Assembly: GCA_963845065.1 (NCBI GenBank)
Contig: CAWJQQ010000009.1
Span: forward strand, 448,001 to 512,000
Source of the DNA: Nitrospirota bacterium
GTDB lineage: Bacteria; Nitrospirota; UBA9217
DNA: 64,000 nucleotides
Direction: 5' to 3'
This document shows positions 10,674-21,320 of the stretch, one piece after another. Under the pieces are notes generated by a model that made no database searches, was not told the DNA's origin, and was given only the letters and a program-made list of their open reading frames with translations. The translations under genes were made by a program, and so were the position numbers. The first letter of the stretch is position 1. Every line of letters starts with the position of its first letter.

Positions 10674-10892
10674 CTATTGTTTTTGCATCAGCGATAGTAT
10701 TGCTTTGGTAATGAGCAGCACCCACGGAGTTCCATGAAGCACGAAATCGAACCAGTCAATGGGCCTCACAAGCCGGCCTTTTATGAGCATCTGGAGCTTC
10801 TCCCAAATGTGCGGCGGGGCAAAAGGCGCAAGTCCAAGCGTCAGGCAGGCAATGATGAGCACGCTCCATGGTAGTTTCGCAAAGAAGTCCAT
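10674..10892 (-). CDS. Small two-TM membrane protein (LGLAPFxxPHxWEK family, often mislabelled RND transporter)
   Basis: 72 aa with LGLAPFAPPHIWEKLQML...RPIDWFDFVLHG; GAGG SD. Confidence 0.75.
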   Translation of the reverse strand: MDFFAKLPWSVLIIACLTLGLAPFAPPHIWEKLQMLIKGRLVRPIDWFDFVLHGTPWVLLITKAILSLMQKQ

Positions 10893-10939
10893 AAATCAGC
10901 TTTCCTCTTTTCATTCTTATCTGGGTTAATGTCACTGCC

Positions 10940-11809
10940 TCACTTTTTTTCTCCGTGTTTTTTTGCTGCCTCTATTTGGCGCTCAGTAGGTATTTCCTGT
11001 ATTTCGAGATATTCCTCCACCCCTAAGGCGGCAAATAGTTTCTTGATATCATCCCCCGGTGTTTTTGTTACGATATCGAATTTGTCGGGCATTGCAGATT
11101 TCACGACCAGCTTCCCATATCTGCGGAAGCTGTCCTCTGTCAATGCTTCAGCCAGCTTGATAATACCCACCAGGGATAAGGAATCTTCATCAAACTCCAG
11201 GGTGGACATACCTACGACATTTTTTAAGAAGGGATCGAGATGCATTTTATCGATAATTCTTGTTGCTAAATAGGTATCATAATTTTCGATAAGATCATCG
11301 CTGAACTCCATCCCCACTTCCCGTGCCTTCATGAATATGTTTTTCCCGAGTTGAGAAAGCAATCCTCCGGTTTCCACTTTCCGAACCATCTCGTCTGAAA
11401 GATTCATCTCTTCAGCAATTATTCTGCCGAGAACGCCAATGCTGGCGCTTTTGGCTGCACGCTGTTTAGCTGCCGGGCTCTTTTTGAGGGCAAATAGGGA
11501 CAGAGAAAAAATAAGAAGCTTTACTCTGTCTCCACCCATTCGAATAACAGCATCATAAAAATCAGGAACATATCCCTGAACACTGTGTCCGAAGTAGATA
11601 GAGCGGGCGATCTCAAGTATCGTCACGGATAGCTCAGTATTATTGACAGCGAGTTTTGTCCCTAGTTCCTGAAGTTTGCGTTTACTGGCATTCACATCAT
11701 CGAGAATGTTGAATTCGGCGAGTTCAACTCCTATATTCATGCTGGAAAATATTTTGCTTTCGATGATTTTTAATTTTCTTAAATCTTCGAGAGGTATATT
11801 ATCTGTCAT
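10940..11809 (-). CDS. HDOD domain-containing protein (degenerate HD)
   Basis: ILEIARSIYFG...DAVIRMG..VKLL and GGLLSQLGK (cf. AGLLHDIGK) pattern of HDOD. Confidence 0.75.
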   Translation of the reverse strand: MTDNIPLEDLRKLKIIESKIFSSMNIGVELAEFNILDDVNASKRKLQELGTKLAVNNTELSVTILEIARSIYFGHSVQGYVPDFYDAVIRMGGDRVKLLIFSLSLFALKKSPAAKQRAAKSASIGVLGRIIAEEMNLSDEMVRKVETGGLLSQLGKNIFMKAREVGMEFSDDLIENYDTYLATRIIDKMHLDPFLKNVVGMSTLEFDEDSLSLVGIIKLAEALTEDSFRRYGKLVVKSAMPDKFDIVTKTPGDDIKKLFAALGVEEYLEIQEIPTERQIEAAKKHGEKK

Positions 11810-12095
11810 GATCCCTCATGGATACCTGCCAATTTTCTTGCACTGGGCTTCACGGCAAAAGGTTTTTCCCAAACGTGGTTGAATGTCACGGCTTGCGGTA
11901 AAACTTAGAACACATTCTGTTTTTAAAATATAGCACAAAAAAGCATAAATTATAAGAAATTAGTGTATTGTCAGTGTTGTGGTACGTGCTGCGTCCAGGT
12001 ATAGGAAGAGATCAGTTTACCTGAGAACACAGAAAGCCCTTTCCAATTTGTGGTTGTTTCTGTATACTAAAGACTTGAAGAAATATTGCTCGTTA

Positions 12096-12123
12096 TTGAC
12101 ACGCGGGGCCAAAGCGGTATGAT
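12096..12123 (+). promoter_or_regulatory. Sigma70-type promoter upstream of the P-type ATPase
   Basis: TTGACA (12096-12101), 16 nt spacer, TATGAT (12118-12123). Confidence 0.55.
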
Positions 12124-12343
12124 CAAAGTCTCACCGAGACACGGGAATAGGGATAAAAGGCAGCGACGCGGTCCTGATTTAAATCCAAGATGACCTGTTC
12201 GCCCTGGTGACGTTGGGGCGTTCGGCCGTCATCGCGACGAAGCCATGGTTGCATAGCTCAAGTTAGCCTGGTAGCTTGCTGTCATTAGAGAACCATTCCG
12301 CTGTTTTCATTGCTTAGTTTTACCAACTACCCGGGGCCACAAT

Positions 12344-14902
12344 ATGTCCGCCCAAATCGACATCCGTACGATAACCGGACTTTCTGGAAAAGAGGCCTCC
12401 GGCCTGCTGAAAAGGGAGGGGTATAATGAACTGCCTACTTCGCAACAGCGCAGTATAATAGCAATTGCGATCGATGTTGTGCGGGAACCAATGTTCCTAC
12501 TCCTCGTTGCCTGCGGCACTATCTATCTTTTTCTTGGTGACATGCAGGATGCAATTATGCTGCTCGGCTTTGTGTTCGCGGTCATCGGTATCACGCTGTA
12601 TCAAGAGCGCAAAACCGAGCGAGCTTTGGAAGCCCTCCGCGATTTGTCGAGCCCCCGGGCCCTGGTCATGCGGGACAAGGAACAGAAACGCATTCCTGGC
12701 AGAGAGGTTGTCCGCGGAGACATTTTGATCTTGAACGAAGGGGACAGGGTGACAGCCGATGCGGCACTTCTGTCCTGCCTCAATCTTTTTGTCGATGAGT
12801 CACTCCTAACCGGAGAGTCAATACCAGTCAGAAAAAGGGAGCAAGTATACGTTAGGGCGATGGGGAAGCCCGGAGGCGACGATTTGCCGTACGTATTTTC
12901 CGGCACCCTCGTGGTCAAAGGGCAAGGGGTCGCGACGGTAATGGCAACGGGTGCGGCCACCGAGATTGGCAAGATCGGCAAGACGCTCCAGAGCATCGAA
13001 CTAGAGGAAACTCCTCTCCAGAAGGAGATGGACCAGACCGTCAGGAACCTCGCCGTCATCGGCCTTTTTCTATGCCTTCTCGTAATCGTTGTCTACGGAT
13101 TGACGCGGGGCAACTGGCTCCATGGATTTCTTGCTGGCCTCACGCTGGCTATGGCGCTCCTTCCGGAAGAATTCCCCGTAGTGCTCACCATATTCCTGGC
13201 CCTCGGAGCGTGGCGTATCTCCCAGAAGCACGTGCTCACCCGGCGAGTTCCCGCTATTGAGACCCTGGGCTCAGCAACGGTGCTCTGCGTTGACAAAACG
13301 GGCACCATCACGCAGAACCGCATGTCCATCAGCCGGCTGTTCACGCATGGCGAATTTTGCGATATTGACGAGCGAGCGGTAACGAGCATTCCTGAACAAT
13401 TCCATGAAATCGTCGAGTTCAGCATACTGGCGAGCCAGATGGACCCCTTTGATCCCATGGAGATGGCATTCCGCGCACTGGGTGTAAACTATCTTGCCCG
13501 GACTGAGCATCTTCACGACGATTGGACGCTCGTACGCGAATATCCGCTTTCGAACGACCTCATGGCATTGTCCCATGTCTGGATATCACCCGACGGCAAC
13601 GAGTACGTGATCGCCGCAAAAGGATCTCCCGAGGCGATTGCCGACTTGTGTCATCTGGAGGAGCGGCAGCGAAGCGAGCTTACAAAGACGATCGAGCTCA
13701 TGGCAAAGGACGGATTGCGCATTCTGGGCGTGGCTAAGTCCTATTTCACTATTACGGATTTGCCGGGTGCACAGCACGATTTTCCCTTCGTGTTCCTCGG
13801 TCTCGTTGGACTCGCCGATCCTATCCGGCCGGGCGTAACCGAAGCGGTCGCGGAATGCCATACTGCCGGCATCCGCGTGGTGATGATCACCGGAGACTAC
13901 CCCGGGACAGCTGCGAACATCGCTGCCCAGATCAACCTGCTTCACCGGGATAGCATCATCACTGGCCAGGAACTGGACTGTATGGATGATGCTGAACTCC
14001 AGCAGCGGATCAGGTACGTCGATATCTTTGCGCGCGTAGTTCCTGAGCAGAAACTCAGGATCGTGAACGCGCTCAAGGCAACCGGCGAGATCGTGGCCAT
14101 GACCGGAGACGGCGTTAATGATGCACCGGCCCTCAAGGCCGCGCACATCGGCATTGCTATGGGTGGGAGAGGGACGGATGTAGCACGTGAGGCATCGGCA
14201 CTCGTGTTGCTTGATGATGATTTTTCATCCATAGTGCAGGCCGTGCGCCTGGGCCGCAGGATATTCGACAACCTGAGAAAGGCTGTAACCTACATCTTTG
14301 CAGTGCATGTTCCGATCGCCGGAATGTCTCTTATTCCTGTGTTGTTCAGGTGGCCACTAGTGCTTTTGCCAGTGCATATCGTCTTTCTCGAACTGATCAT
14401 TGATCCTGCGTGCTCGGTGGTGTTCGAAGCCGAGCCCGAGGAGTCAGACGTGATGACCCGGCCGCCGCTAAGGCCCGATGCACCCCTTTTCGGCACGGGT
14501 ATCGTGGGCATCAGCCTGCTCCAGGGGCTGAGCGTACTCGTAATGCTGCTCGGAGTTTATGTTATTGTACTCAAGCGGGGACAGGGTGAGGAACATGCCC
14601 GGGCGCTCACATTCACAACGCTGATTGTTGCCAACCTGGGACTCATCTTCGCGAACCGGTCGTGGTCCCGTCTCATTCCAGATACACTTCGCTCTCCGAA
14701 TGCGGCGTTGTGGTGGGTGTCCGGCGGGGCGGTCCTTTTTTTGGGGCTCGTGCTCTACATTCCTTTTTTACGAAGCCTTTTCAGCTTCTCGGTCCTCCAA
14801 CCCACGGATATTCTGATTTGTATCGGCGCGGGGGCAGTAAGTATCTTATGGTTCGAATTATTAAAGATGACGAAGCGGTTCAAAGCAGCGCTAAGGGTAT
14901 GA
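12344..14902 (+). CDS. Cation-translocating P-type ATPase (P2/Ca2+-like)
   Basis: TGES, PEEFP, DKTGT phosphorylation site, KGSPE, TGD, GDGVNDAPAL; about 10 TM segments. Confidence 0.95.
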   Translation: MSAQIDIRTITGLSGKEASGLLKREGYNELPTSQQRSIIAIAIDVVREPMFLLLVACGTIYLFLGDMQDAIMLLGFVFAVIGITLYQERKTERALEALRDLSSPRALVMRDKEQKRIPGREVVRGDILILNEGDRVTADAALLSCLNLFVDESLLTGESIPVRKREQVYVRAMGKPGGDDLPYVFSGTLVVKGQGVATVMATGAATEIGKIGKTLQSIELEETPLQKEMDQTVRNLAVIGLFLCLLVIVVYGLTRGNWLHGFLAGLTLAMALLPEEFPVVLTIFLALGAWRISQKHVLTRRVPAIETLGSATVLCVDKTGTITQNRMSISRLFTHGEFCDIDERAVTSIPEQFHEIVEFSILASQMDPFDPMEMAFRALGVNYLARTEHLHDDWTLVREYPLSNDLMALSHVWISPDGNEYVIAAKGSPEAIADLCHLEERQRSELTKTIELMAKDGLRILGVAKSYFTITDLPGAQHDFPFVFLGLVGLADPIRPGVTEAVAECHTAGIRVVMITGDYPGTAANIAAQINLLHRDSIITGQELDCMDDAELQQRIRYVDIFARVVPEQKLRIVNALKATGEIVAMTGDGVNDAPALKAAHIGIAMGGRGTDVAREASALVLLDDDFSSIVQAVRLGRRIFDNLRKAVTYIFAVHVPIAGMSLIPVLFRWPLVLLPVHIVFLELIIDPACSVVFEAEPEESDVMTRPPLRPDAPLFGTGIVGISLLQGLSVLVMLLGVYVIVLKRGQGEEHARALTFTTLIVANLGLIFANRSWSRLIPDTLRSPNAALWWVSGGAVLFLGLVLYIPFLRSLFSFSVLQPTDILICIGAGAVSILWFELLKMTKRFKAALRV

Positions 14903-15106
14903 GCTAGACAAATCTAACAGGATAAAAATAAAGGGTTAGTTTGTGGATATGCTTCATGGCACCTGCTGACATCACGATATTATCGCCGGTTTTGCATGTC
15001 AGAGCATCGTAAAAGCGGCCGGTGCCATGTCATCCAGCATAAGACAAGGGTAGGGTATGCCGGTTTTTTTAAACTCCTTGTAGGGAGGAATTAAGGGAGA
15101 TAAAGA

Positions 15107-15868
15107 ATGTTTTTTACACTGACAAGAATTGTCCAAGCATTGATCCTTCCTCCGTCGGGTCTTTTGATCCTCATGGCGATTGGATTTTTGATCGTGGGGA
15201 AGAAACGAGTCCTCGGTATGCTCTGCATTGCCTCGGGCTTTCTCCTCCTTTATGGATTGTGCATTAGTCCCGTAAGCAACGCTATAATCCAACCGCTCGA
15301 AAGTTTGTACGCTCCATTCGTTGATACAAAGAACATCGATGTACAGTCAATTGTGGTGTTGAGCGGAGGGGCCAGGGATGCAGCAGTACCGGGCCTTGAG
15401 CCAGAACCAGATGATGATTCCCTGGAGCGGTTGGTATATAGCGTGGCATTGTACAGGGAACTGCGAATTCCACTTCTGTTTGTAGGGGGGAGCGGAGACC
15501 CTGGAAGACCGGATCTCCTGGAGGCGGAGGCAATGGCCCGAACCGCGATAAGCATCGGAGTCCCTGCCAAGGACATCGTGGTCGAAAGCACCGCCAGAAA
15601 TACGCTCGAGAGCGCGAAGGCGGTCAAGCGTTTGGTTAAAGGCAGACGTATTATTCTCGTGACCTCGGCAGCACATATGAAAAGGTCCGTAGCTATGTTT
15701 AAAAAGCAGGGATTCGGTATCATTCCGGCTCCGACAGGCTATCGCACGGATCGGCGCGCGCTTTCGGGTTACTCCTTCATTCCCCGCCTCGAAAACTTAC
15801 GCACCTCTTCTCTTGCTTTGTCTGAATACCTGAGCTATCGATGGTATGCGATGCGCGGGGACTTATAG
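15107..15868 (+). CDS. YdcF/ElyC/SanA family (DUF218) membrane protein
   Basis: IVVLSGG, ERL, GGSG, EAEAM, ARNTLESA, LVTSAAHMKRS. Confidence 0.9.
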   Translation: MFFTLTRIVQALILPPSGLLILMAIGFLIVGKKRVLGMLCIASGFLLLYGLCISPVSNAIIQPLESLYAPFVDTKNIDVQSIVVLSGGARDAAVPGLEPEPDDDSLERLVYSVALYRELRIPLLFVGGSGDPGRPDLLEAEAMARTAISIGVPAKDIVVESTARNTLESAKAVKRLVKGRRIILVTSAAHMKRSVAMFKKQGFGIIPAPTGYRTDRRALSGYSFIPRLENLRTSSLALSEYLSYRWYAMRGDL

Positions 15869-15896
15869 CTGTTACCACAAGAAAACCGGCCCTGCA

Positions 15897-16490
15897 CTAT
15901 CTGTACGGAGTAGGCTGGCGGAAAACCGGGAGAGGCTTGGCAGGACTAGGAAGCACCTGCTGTGGCTGCTGAATGGCAGCGAGAAACTGCCAGTCACTAT
16001 ATTTTCCTTTCCCGGCAAAATCTTGATGGGCCTCAGGGAAATTAGCCTGTTTGAGCGGTGTTTTATCGCTTCGACTGTAGACTCCTATGATAAACTGCCC
16101 TGTAGCATCAGTACCTTTAAGGAGGACGAAATCCTCACCGGTAATAGGGTCTTTGTATTTCCGCCGCAGATACCGTTTTCCGGCCGGCGTCCTGTTGTCC
16201 TCAAGCAGGTTCTCGATTTGTCGAGGGTACTGTGGATTAGCGGGAATTGCGTTATAGTATTGCTCAATGGCCAGCTTGTACTGATCCCCCCGAAACAGCA
16301 GCTCCTCCTCTTTATCTCGCTGCATGACGTTCTGCCAATACTTTCCCGCCGCGCCGAGGCTGATCCCGATAATAACGAGTATCGCCAGGAGACCGATATA
16401 AGTGAATCCATGGGAAGCGCGGATTGCAGATTGCGGACTGTGGATTTCTGAGTGCATTAAATTTTCACTGTTGGAATCTGAATTTATCAT
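15897..16490 (-). CDS. Type II secretion/type IV pilin-like protein (prepilin leader)
   Basis: G|FTYIGLLAILVIIGI prepilin-like cleavage site, REKE-like RDKEEELLFRG, RYLRRKYKDPITG; start uncertain (16490 or 16514). Confidence 0.85.
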   Translation of the reverse strand: MINSDSNSENLMHSEIHSPQSAIRASHGFTYIGLLAILVIIGISLGAAGKYWQNVMQRDKEEELLFRGDQYKLAIEQYYNAIPANPQYPRQIENLLEDNRTPAGKRYLRRKYKDPITGEDFVLLKGTDATGQFIIGVYSRSDKTPLKQANFPEAHQDFAGKGKYSDWQFLAAIQQPQQVLPSPAKPLPVFRQPTPYR

Positions 16491-16514
16491 GCAGATATCT
16501 TCTTGCCTTTGCAA

Positions 16515-18239
16515 TCATTCTATAAATGTCACGCGGTTTATCTCCTTGAACGTCGAATCTCCTGCAAAGACCTTGGCGAGCGCGGACTGGCGGAGCGTGG
16601 TCATTCCTTCAGCTATGGCGGCCTTCCGCAATTCCGATGACGGCCGTTTCTCGAGGATCATCTCCCTGATATGGTCGGAGAGGTCAAGGAATTCCGTGAT
16701 GGCCTTTCTGCCTCGGAAACCGGTGTAGTTGCACTCTTTGCACTCGCCGGCCTCATAGAACTGGTGACCCTTGTACTTGTCGTAATCGACAGCCGAATCC
16801 TCGATCTCTTTTCTGGTATGTTTCGCGATCTTTTTGCAATGGGGGCAGAGGAGCCTGACGAGCCTTTGGGCAAGGATGCAGTTCAGCGAGGATACGAAGT
16901 TGTACGGCTCAATTCCCATGTTCAGGAACCGACCGAGCACATCGAAGGCATTATTCGCGTGGACCGTGGTGAAGACCAGGTGGCCGGTCAGCGCGGACTG
17001 CACTGCAATCTGGCCAGTCTCGGCGTCGCGGATCTCGCCGACCATGATTTTGTCCGGATCGTGCCGCAGGATTGAGCGGAGACCTCGGGCGAATGTAAGC
17101 CCCTTCTTTTCATTTACCGGGATTTGAGTTACGCCTCGCAGCTGGTACTCAACAGGATCTTCGATAGTAATGAACTTGTCCTCGCCGGTGTTGATTTCGG
17201 TTATGGCAGCATAGAGTGTCGTAGTCTTACCGCTTCCCGTGGGGCCCGTGACGAGTACCATGCCGTAGGGTTCGCGGATGCTTTTCCTGAACCGCCGGAG
17301 GTCGTTCTCGTCGAACCCAAGGCTTTCGAGCTTGAGCGTGTTGACACCTGCAGCAATGGATTCCTTGTCCAGGATGCGGATGACGACGTCTTCGCCGAAT
17401 GCTGAGGGCAGGATAGAGACACGGAAGTCGATGGTCTTGCCGCCGGTCCTAAGCTTGAACCTGCCGTCCTGGGGCACCCGCCGCTCGGCGATGTCCAGGT
17501 CGCTCATAACCTTGATGCGCGACACAATGGCGTTGTGATACTTGATGTCGATAGGCTCGGTGGCGCTGTACAGTACGCCATCGATACGGTATTTGATCAG
17601 GACGTTTTTGTCCGTGGACTCGATGTGGATGTCGGAGGCCCTGCGCTGTATAGCATCGAAGACGGTAGTGTGCATCAGCTTAATGATAGGGCTCTCGTCC
17701 TTGTCGATGCTTTCTAGCGAGAGAATCTCCTCTCCCTCACCGTTTTCCTGCTCCTTCACGATGTGGAACTTAAAGTCTTCTGACACCGCATGCATGACTT
17801 TCTCCGAGGAGCCGCTTCGCTTCAGAACGGCCTGGATGGCGGAGGGGGTGCCTACATTGATCTCGATCGGTCTGTTCAGAATCATCTCCAACTCGTCGAT
17901 AGCCGGAAGATTATTTGGGTCCGTCATCGCCACGACGAGCATTTCGCCTGCGTCCTCCATAGGCACGAACTGATAACGGTGCATGAGATCTACTTGGATG
18001 GTCTCGAAGAACTTCGATGGAATGCGAAACTCATGCAAATCAACGTAGTTCAATCCACGCTGCTCCGCAAGGGCCTGGGAAAGCATTTCCTCGGTAATCA
18101 GTTTCTGGGCCATGAGGCGTTCGCCGATCCGGAAGTGATGGTCATCAGTCCTCTGCAGGACTTCACTGATCTGTTCCTGGGTCACGACGCCCTTGGCCGA
18201 GAGAATATCTCCCAACCGTCTTCTCCTGTACGATGTCAT
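16515..18239 (-). CDS. GspE/PulE/PilB family secretion ATPase
   Basis: MshEN-like RLGDIL N-terminus, Walker A GPTGSGKTT, TIEDPVE, LRHDPDKIMVGEIRD, Zn CPHC...CKEC. Confidence 0.95.
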   Translation of the reverse strand: MTSYRRRRLGDILSAKGVVTQEQISEVLQRTDDHHFRIGERLMAQKLITEEMLSQALAEQRGLNYVDLHEFRIPSKFFETIQVDLMHRYQFVPMEDAGEMLVVAMTDPNNLPAIDELEMILNRPIEINVGTPSAIQAVLKRSGSSEKVMHAVSEDFKFHIVKEQENGEGEEILSLESIDKDESPIIKLMHTTVFDAIQRRASDIHIESTDKNVLIKYRIDGVLYSATEPIDIKYHNAIVSRIKVMSDLDIAERRVPQDGRFKLRTGGKTIDFRVSILPSAFGEDVVIRILDKESIAAGVNTLKLESLGFDENDLRRFRKSIREPYGMVLVTGPTGSGKTTTLYAAITEINTGEDKFITIEDPVEYQLRGVTQIPVNEKKGLTFARGLRSILRHDPDKIMVGEIRDAETGQIAVQSALTGHLVFTTVHANNAFDVLGRFLNMGIEPYNFVSSLNCILAQRLVRLLCPHCKKIAKHTRKEIEDSAVDYDKYKGHQFYEAGECKECNYTGFRGRKAITEFLDLSDHIREMILEKRPSSELRKAAIAEGMTTLRQSALAKVFAGDSTFKEINRVTFIE

Positions 18240-19426
18240 TTTACTTGTGCCCCCATTTCGAATATCGGCAGGTAAAGTGCAACGACGATCACTGCCATGA
18301 CGAGTCCCATAGACAGCATCAGCACGGGCTCGATCAAAGTCGTGAGCGCGGTGAGACGATTCTCGACTTCCTGGTCGTAATAATCGGCAACGTCCTCAAG
18401 CATCAGCGGAAGGTCGCCTGACGACTCACCTACCTCGATCATCCGCACCGTTATATCGGGCGCTACCCGGGTGCGTTCAAACGAAGCAGCGAGGCTTACA
18501 CCCTCGGTTACTAGCATGCGGGCTTCCATCAAGCGCCGCGCCATGACCCGATTGTTGATTACGCCGGCGGTAGTGTCGAGGGCCTGCACCAGCGGAATGC
18601 CGCCCCGGAGCACCGTTGCTAGCGTCCTCGTAATTTGCGCTAACAGGTATTGAGTAATGATCGATTGAATGAGAGGAATCTTCAGTTTGATACTGTCGAG
18701 TGTATTTCTGCCAGCTACTGTTTTTTGCCACGAATAGATGGCCACACCTGCGGCAACGAGACCGGACAGGATATACGGTGTGAATCGCGTTAGGAACCCG
18801 GTAAAGTCGATAAGCAAACTCGTCAAAAAAGGCAGTTTACCCGCCTGATCGCTGTACATCTGGGTAAAGTTCGGAATGACGTAGAGAAAAAAGATTCCCA
18901 GTACGACGACGAGGGCAAGAACAAGAAAAATGGGATAGGCTAGCGACATTTTGAGCTTGGTCATCACAGCAATCATCTTTTTCTGATATGTTATAAAGCG
19001 TATCAACACGTCGACGAGGGCACCGCTTTTTTCTCCTGCCCGCACCGTGGCCGTGTAGAGCTGGGAGAAGTAGGTTGGGTGCTTGGCCATGGCATCGGAA
19101 AGGGACGTACCGCCTTTGATGTCGTGGATGATGTTTTCGAGGGCGGCTCGAAAACCCGGCTTTTCCATTCTTTTTTGCAATATCTCAAGGCCCTGGAGGA
19201 TGGGCAGTCCTGCTTTAACGAGAGTAGAAAATTCCTGATTGAAGAGAAGAAAATCTTTTGCGTTACCCCGGCCTCCCCAGAGGCTCGTCTTTTTTTTATC
19301 GAGGCTCAGAACCAGGTAACCCCTGCCTTCTAGCTCTTGCCGGAGTTCCGCGGCATCGGCGGCCATGGCCTCGTCAGTAAACGACGTGCCGTCCTCGCGA
19401 ACGGCTTTATAGGAGAATAAAGGCAT
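18236..19426 (-). CDS. Type II secretion system F family (GspF/PilC) platform protein
   Basis: AGLPILQGL, GEKSG, AYP, GIPLVQAL, VGESSG, LIEP, LYLPIF; ATGA-type overlap with the ATPase gene. Confidence 0.95.
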   Translation of the reverse strand: MPLFSYKAVREDGTSFTDEAMAADAAELRQELEGRGYLVLSLDKKKTSLWGGRGNAKDFLLFNQEFSTLVKAGLPILQGLEILQKRMEKPGFRAALENIIHDIKGGTSLSDAMAKHPTYFSQLYTATVRAGEKSGALVDVLIRFITYQKKMIAVMTKLKMSLAYPIFLVLALVVVLGIFFLYVIPNFTQMYSDQAGKLPFLTSLLIDFTGFLTRFTPYILSGLVAAGVAIYSWQKTVAGRNTLDSIKLKIPLIQSIITQYLLAQITRTLATVLRGGIPLVQALDTTAGVINNRVMARRLMEARMLVTEGVSLAASFERTRVAPDITVRMIEVGESSGDLPLMLEDVADYYDQEVENRLTALTTLIEPVLMLSMGLVMAVIVVALYLPIFEMGAQVK

Positions 19427-19536
19427 GAATGGATAATACCAGATAGGAGATTACTAAGTCAATCAGCCCTTGATTTTTACTGAGGAAGCGGCCTTTTATG
19501 CGCCTCTTGGAAAGAAGGCGGCACGACGATGGATAC

Positions 19537-20604
19537 TCAGGACTTGGGTGTGACCTCTTCCTGCAGGTTTTTCCAGTATTTTTTATGCACATTGACGATC
19601 TGCTGGATCACCTGCACCGCCGTATGGGAAGGTGCAGGTTCCGGCGGGGTTGTCTCCTTACCGAGGAGCGTATTGAGCACAGCCCGAATGCCGTCACGCA
19701 GGCCTTCGGGGTTGTACCCGCCTTCGAGCGTGAGCAGAACCTTGCCGCAGGTCTCTTGTGCGATGTCTTGCACGATTCCGGCAAGTGCACCGAATCCTTC
19801 GCTGGTTACATGCATACCGCCGAGAGGATCCTTGACAAAGGGGTCGAATCCTGCCGAGACGAGGATGAGTTCTGGGCGATATTCGAGGGCGATCGGTCTT
19901 ATGATGCGAGAATAGACATGGACATATTCCGCATCGCCAAATCCCTTCGGGAAGGGCGCGTTCACGGTGAATCCCTCGCCCTTACCGCTTCCGGCCTCAT
20001 TGTAATTTCCCGAGCCGGGGTAATAGGGATATTGATGAGAGGAAAAGAAGAGAACACCCGGGTCATCGTAGAACGCGTGCTGGGTACCGTTGCCGTGATG
20101 CAGGTCCCAATCCACGATGAGAACCCTTTTGAGCCCGTGAATTTTTTTTGCATACACTGCTGCAATTGCCACGTTATTGAAAAGGCAGAACCCCATGCCC
20201 CGTGCGGCCTCTGCGTGGTGTCCTGGCGGGCGGACAAAGGCGAAGATCGAGTTTTGAGCTCGGAGTGTTGTATCTGGAGTTTGGAACAGTGTATCTACGG
20301 CATTAAGCAAACCGCCTGCTGCGAGCCGTGCGATCTCGTAAGACCGGGATGAAAGCCCGGTATCGGAATCAAACTGAGAGTACATCCTGCCTTCGGTGCT
20401 CGCTACCGTCCGGACGTAAAGCGGTTCGTGAACTAGTGCAAGCTCGCTTTCGGTTGCAAGGCGGGGTTGGATCAGCGGGAGGTTGTTGAACTCCCGCTGA
20501 ATGAGGTCGTTAATCACGCGTATGCGGTTCGGGCTTTCAGGATGGCCCTCACCGGCATTGTGTTCCAGGTAACGGTCGTCTTTGATGATAGAGAGTGATG
20601 GCAC
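19537..20604 (-). CDS. Histone deacetylase family protein (AcuC/AphA-like)
   Basis: HPESPNR, RPPGHHA, GFCLFNN, DWDLHHGNGTQ, SAGFD, LEGGY. Confidence 0.95.
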   Translation of the reverse strand: MPSLSIIKDDRYLEHNAGEGHPESPNRIRVINDLIQREFNNLPLIQPRLATESELALVHEPLYVRTVASTEGRMYSQFDSDTGLSSRSYEIARLAAGGLLNAVDTLFQTPDTTLRAQNSIFAFVRPPGHHAEAARGMGFCLFNNVAIAAVYAKKIHGLKRVLIVDWDLHHGNGTQHAFYDDPGVLFFSSHQYPYYPGSGNYNEAGSGKGEGFTVNAPFPKGFGDAEYVHVYSRIIRPIALEYRPELILVSAGFDPFVKDPLGGMHVTSEGFGALAGIVQDIAQETCGKVLLTLEGGYNPEGLRDGIRAVLNTLLGKETTPPEPAPSHTAVQVIQQIVNVHKKYWKNLQEEVTPKS

Positions 20605-20678
20605 TTTTGAGCACGAAACGGTGAACCCGTGAAAAGATCGTTTCCCCGCTTCGTTTTTCTCCGATTCTCAATACATTC

Positions 20679-21206
20679 TTACATCTGATCCTTTTTTCTT
20701 GCAATAATCTGTGGCCCCGCAGTCTTGTAATTTACTACATTGAGCGAATCGAGCCATGCTTGCAATGCTGGCGGGCTCGGCAGTTTTTCGGGCATTTTTG
20801 CATCCGGTGCACAGACATACAGGACTGTTTTGACCAAGTCGATAACGCTGAATTCGAGGGCCTCCTGAATATTCCGGGGAGACCCTTTCATGACAATCAT
20901 ATTCTCGCGGTACCATCCGTCTCCTTGGGGTGTGATGGAACCACAGTCGTTCCCTTCGTAAGACTTGGTCAGGAAATTATTTTTGAGCGCGAACCCGGAG
21001 ACATCCGCACGCATCTGTTGCAAGCCTTTAAAAGCCGGGTTCGAACAAATACCGGCCTTGCCCCAGCAGATAGGGTCAAAACGTGTCGTATTGATCCCGC
21101 AGCAATAGAGGTATGTCTGGGGGCCCAACTCAGGTGTCTGCCGAATGACAATGTAGAGATAATCGTTTTTATACTCATGGGAGCGTACTGTTTGTGGTGT
21201 ATTCAT
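20679..21206 (-). CDS. Hypothetical protein (Cys-containing)
   Basis: Open frame between co-oriented genes; YCCG, C-x6-C; no family recognised; start uncertain. Confidence 0.6.
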   Translation of the reverse strand: MNTPQTVRSHEYKNDYLYIVIRQTPELGPQTYLYCCGINTTRFDPICWGKAGICSNPAFKGLQQMRADVSGFALKNNFLTKSYEGNDCGSITPQGDGWYRENMIVMKGSPRNIQEALEFSVIDLVKTVLYVCAPDAKMPEKLPSPPALQAWLDSLNVVNYKTAGPQIIARKKDQM

Positions 21207-21320
21207 GGTGGATGCCTTTCTGCCATGTATCATGGAACAATAATAGCTGGCGCTTAGTCGCGGCATGTGCACCTATAGAGTGCTCGCGTTTTGTTTCCCG
21301 TCGTTGTGAGTGTAGCTCTG

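Noticed and set aside
19498..20352. 284 aa plus-strand ORF
   Set aside because: Antisense shadow of the HDAC gene.
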